Source: Eledone cirrhosa
Lineage: Eukaryota
Assembly: GCA_964016885.1 (NCBI GenBank)
Contig: OZ024742.1
Location: forward strand, 254,448,001 to 254,512,000
Length of the DNA: 64,000 bases
Direction: 5' to 3'
Shown here: positions 60,067 through 64,000 of the stretch, one piece after another
Numbering within the stretch: the first letter of the stretch is position 1
How the letters are laid out: the number at the start of each line of letters is the position of its first letter
Notes under the pieces: model-generated
Database searches by the model: none
What the model saw: only the letters and a program-made list of their open reading frames with translations
Told to the model about the DNA's origin: nothing
Translations under genes and position numbers: made by a program

Positions 60067-63000
60067 CTTCTAGGAATTTAAACTTAGATCAGCAATTTAG
60101 CAAGTGTAACAGTCTTGAACGTTATCATTTGACTAATGTGTGATAATTAATAGAAGTGAAAAGCTTGACATAGTTAGAGGTTAGATTGTTTGTGGCAAGA
60201 GGATTATTGAGATTATTAAAAAAGATCACAATCTAATACAAGTCAATACATTTTTCTGTTATCCATGCAGACACACAAACACACATACACACAATGTTCA
60301 TGCACACACGCATACATGCACACGTACACATGCACATATACTGCATTGTTTTCTTCTGTTGATTTTTATTGTTGTAGATAACCTTTTAAAACATCTAAAG
60401 CAAAACAGTAAAGATTAAACACCTAATGATATAGAGAACTGTAAGATGCCTCTAGGGTATCATACTGAAAATGTTTCCGGCCGCTACTATTTCACTATAA
60501 AAATAAACATTCCTTCCAGCTAACAAGCTTCCTCTTTATGCAGCATGACACAGTATCTATCCATGGAAAATATTAGGTAGGCATCTGGATACAAAACATG
60601 GAATGTAACTTGAATGTGTACAACATGGCCACTTGGGTCACAAATTATATAACCAATGTGATTTCTATTGACTCCATGCATTACAGAAATGCTGGTATTC
60701 ACAGAATGGATTTCTATCAATTTCAATGACGTGATCCATGCTCAGCAAATTAACATAGAATTGGCTGGAAATTCCACAGGCACGTGTATGCTTAACATAA
60801 TTGCCAAGGAGATTCAGAATTACTGGTGCAGTTCATCTTGTACAATAGTGAAAATAGTTGAGTATTCCACAGGCACGTGCATTCTTAGCAATTTTTCAGG
60901 GAGATTCAGCAAGATACAGTGTGTGACATATCTGCCGCTTTGAATTACAGGTACAGTCCAAATAAAAATTAAGAAGAACTCTTCAAATGTATCAAAGACA
61001 TGGCAATCTCCATAGTGTTGGTGTCACAATAAAATCTATTTGGTATAATTCAAGAACTTGTGCAAGCTAGATGTAAATCCCTGGCACATCTGATCAATTG
61101 ATAGAAGCAAGATATAGACCCCATCTGAGAAGTCAGTAGTTCCACTTAATCACTGACTCAATTTGCAACAACATGACTAACTCTTGCCAGCAGGGAAAAC
61201 ATGTTGTTAACTGATGAGGATGATGATAAATATATCTGAGAAGCACTTAAACAGTTTCTGTCAAACCCATTTTTATTGGCATGTCTTAGATCCAAGGCTA
61301 TGATAAATGACACTTCTTGCTCAAGATGCAATGCAATGAGGTTTTGCTCGGGACGTATGATTACAAAGTAAGCTTCTTAATCATTTGTTCATACTGTCTC
61401 CACTACTGGTATTCATATTCACTCAGACAATATAGACTAAATACTGAGAAATACCATCAACATTTATTCCTATTTGAAAATCAAAGTAATTCCAAGGAAA
61501 GGAAGGAAAGAGAGCAAGAATGAGAGAGAGCTAACTGAATATTAACACCATTAAACAGTAACTAGTCTATTATATAGCAGTGTATACCTTCCTATTTGCT
61601 ATTTTATTATAACATTCCAAATTAAATATATGTCGTAATGTAACGAAATGAGCTACCACATTCTAGTATTCTAATCAAGTCTCAGCAGTTTCTAATTTAC
61701 AATCGTATAAATCCAGCATCTCCCCGACAAACAGCACATAATAGATGGAGGTACATTATAATAAAGAATAAGAAGAAACTAAAGAAGATTCATTGTAGTA
61801 GATGAGGTTAATAGAAGTGATAAAATCAAACACACTGATTTAAAATGTAGCCAGAATTAAAATCTAGCCAATTACTTGAAAGCACTTAATATAATAAATT
61901 TAATTCTGTACAATACACCATAAAAGTTTGAATATACAGACAAATTTATAAGAGTTATTATGCACCGTTTATGAAGTCTATTTTGCAGTTATATTTGTCA
62001 TTGAAATATATTAAATAGTTATCTTTAATAGAGTCTGATCTTAAATGGTAAATTCTCTGTCGGTTTCGATGATCATTCGATTGTTTGATCAACTGAACAA
62101 CCAACTCATGAAATTAACATAGAAGTGAATAGTCAACAGGTATGTGTACCCTTAACATATTTCTCAAGGAAAATCAGGATGACACTATATATAGCAAGGC
62201 TGGACTTAGAAATTACAGGTACAGTAAACCTATGATTTACTGATACAACTTCATCTAACCAATTTCCCTTACAAGGCTAAAAGTTGACTCAAGGCTATGG
62301 CAAAGATAAATAAACATGCTCAAGACATTATGCAATAGGATCAAACTTGGATCCACATCAGTGCAAAATAATTTCTTGCCCATTTGGCCTACATCTATAC
62401 ACCAATGAAATTATACACTAAAGTTGCGGGTAGTAATTAATTAGTCTCTTATATTTATGCAAAAGTCTTAACAATCCATACTGCTGAATAGTATGTAGTG
62501 TTATAGATAAGACAGGACTAAAGGTGTTCCATGTTAGTGATTTAGCCTCAGGTATGTACTGTTGTAGCAGTTACAGAACTGAAGGTGTTCCAGCTCTAAA
62601 ATCTACTGTCACATGCTTTCAGACATAATGTTCAATGTGTACTTATCTTATAGACAATGACTATGTAAATTATGGGATATTTATTACATGGGTTAAACAA
62701 TATAATTGTTGCACTTGTGAGATGTTTTTCAGATTTTAGTTGCTCTCTGCAGCTGATTAAACATTTTTCACAATATCTTTCATGTGTGTACTTTAGAACA
62801 GAATAGTTACTTTAGCTATAATGCTGGTAAATATGTTTTATACTCCTGGATTATAAGTGCTACCAAATGGAATATCATAAATTTTTTCAAGGAGTCGTTC
62901 TTTACCCAAATGATAAACAGTGTTTTATTACTTTTCTAACAATCATACATTATACATACATTATTCTGTACATTACCAAAGATATATATATATGTGTAAA

Positions 63001-63747
63001 TGTATATATATATATATATATACGTTTACATTCCCATTTGCCCTTCTAAGCATAACTTTCCGTATTTACTACGGTTACAAGATGCGATTTCTTGTTCAGG
63101 TACAACCTCTGATTTTAGCCTAAGAAAATATCTATATGCGTGTCTAATTTATACACGCATATATTTATTTTTTTAAATTCAATTGAGTTCTTAACACGTT
63201 GGATTGATAATGTTTTCGAATAAACTGATTAACCCGCGTGTATATTATTATTTTTTTTCCTCCTTTCGTGGATCGTGGTTGTCTCCCCTTCCCGCTTAGT
63301 GACGCTATAACACTTCCTCAGTCAAAAACTGCTGGAATTTCAAATTTGCCGGTCATTCGATGCGGGAAGGAGCAACTTAACGGACATGATTTTTAACCGT
63401 GGTAAGAAATGTTTTTCTTATATCAAGGTTTAATGGGCATCCACTGATGATTTATAAGCGCCCACCTAAATATATTCTTACATGAATGTATATTAGGCTT
63501 CTACATAAACTGGAAATATTCTCCGAATTTGTAGAAAACTTATAATGAAACAATTGTTTGGAAAGAGAGATATATTTTAACTTTATTTATATTTCATAAA
63601 ATAATACAACTGGCTTTTCCACATTATACATATTGTTAGCACCCCAAACACTTAAATTGGGTTTATATTAAAATATAACCTAATGTTTGTTGAGTGAGAT
63701 GGTTACCAGTCAGAGATTAGCTTTAAACTATCTCTGTTATTGTATTA

Positions 63748-63851
<104 letters not shown>

Positions 63852-64000
63852 TTGTATATATACATACATGCACACACACACAAACACACAAACATATATG
63901 TGATGGTGATGATGATATACGAATAGTTATGCAAATCTAGAAATGCAATGTAAGTGGAAAGAAAGGTAAGTATTTGAAATTGGTATGTCAATGTTTGTTG

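Overview
AT-rich, repeat-saturated eukaryotic DNA, probably intronic or intergenic. The repeat families look like those of octopod cephalopods (inference from recognition, no search run). No confident host gene was found. The window holds: (i) about 14 RTE-clade LINE copies from at least four families, including one intact 1076-aa APE-RT-PHD ORF (38582-41812) and a near-identical inverted copy; (ii) two CRE-like (RT plus restriction-like endonuclease) remnants; (iii) a Penelope-like element with RT, GIY-YIG and hammerhead motifs; (iv) two tRNA-derived SINE families, MITEs and Helitron-like ends; (v) long micro- and minisatellites. The most interesting signal is a set of short non-coding inserts in (TA)n tracts, clustered at 56.1-57.3 kb with older examples at 30.8, 31.9 and 53.8 kb. 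They are long fold-back palindromes and/or carry minimal type I hammerhead ribozyme cores with palindromic stem III. They look like a Penelope-derived, non-autonomous hairpin/ribozyme element system. All alignments and folds were done by eye.
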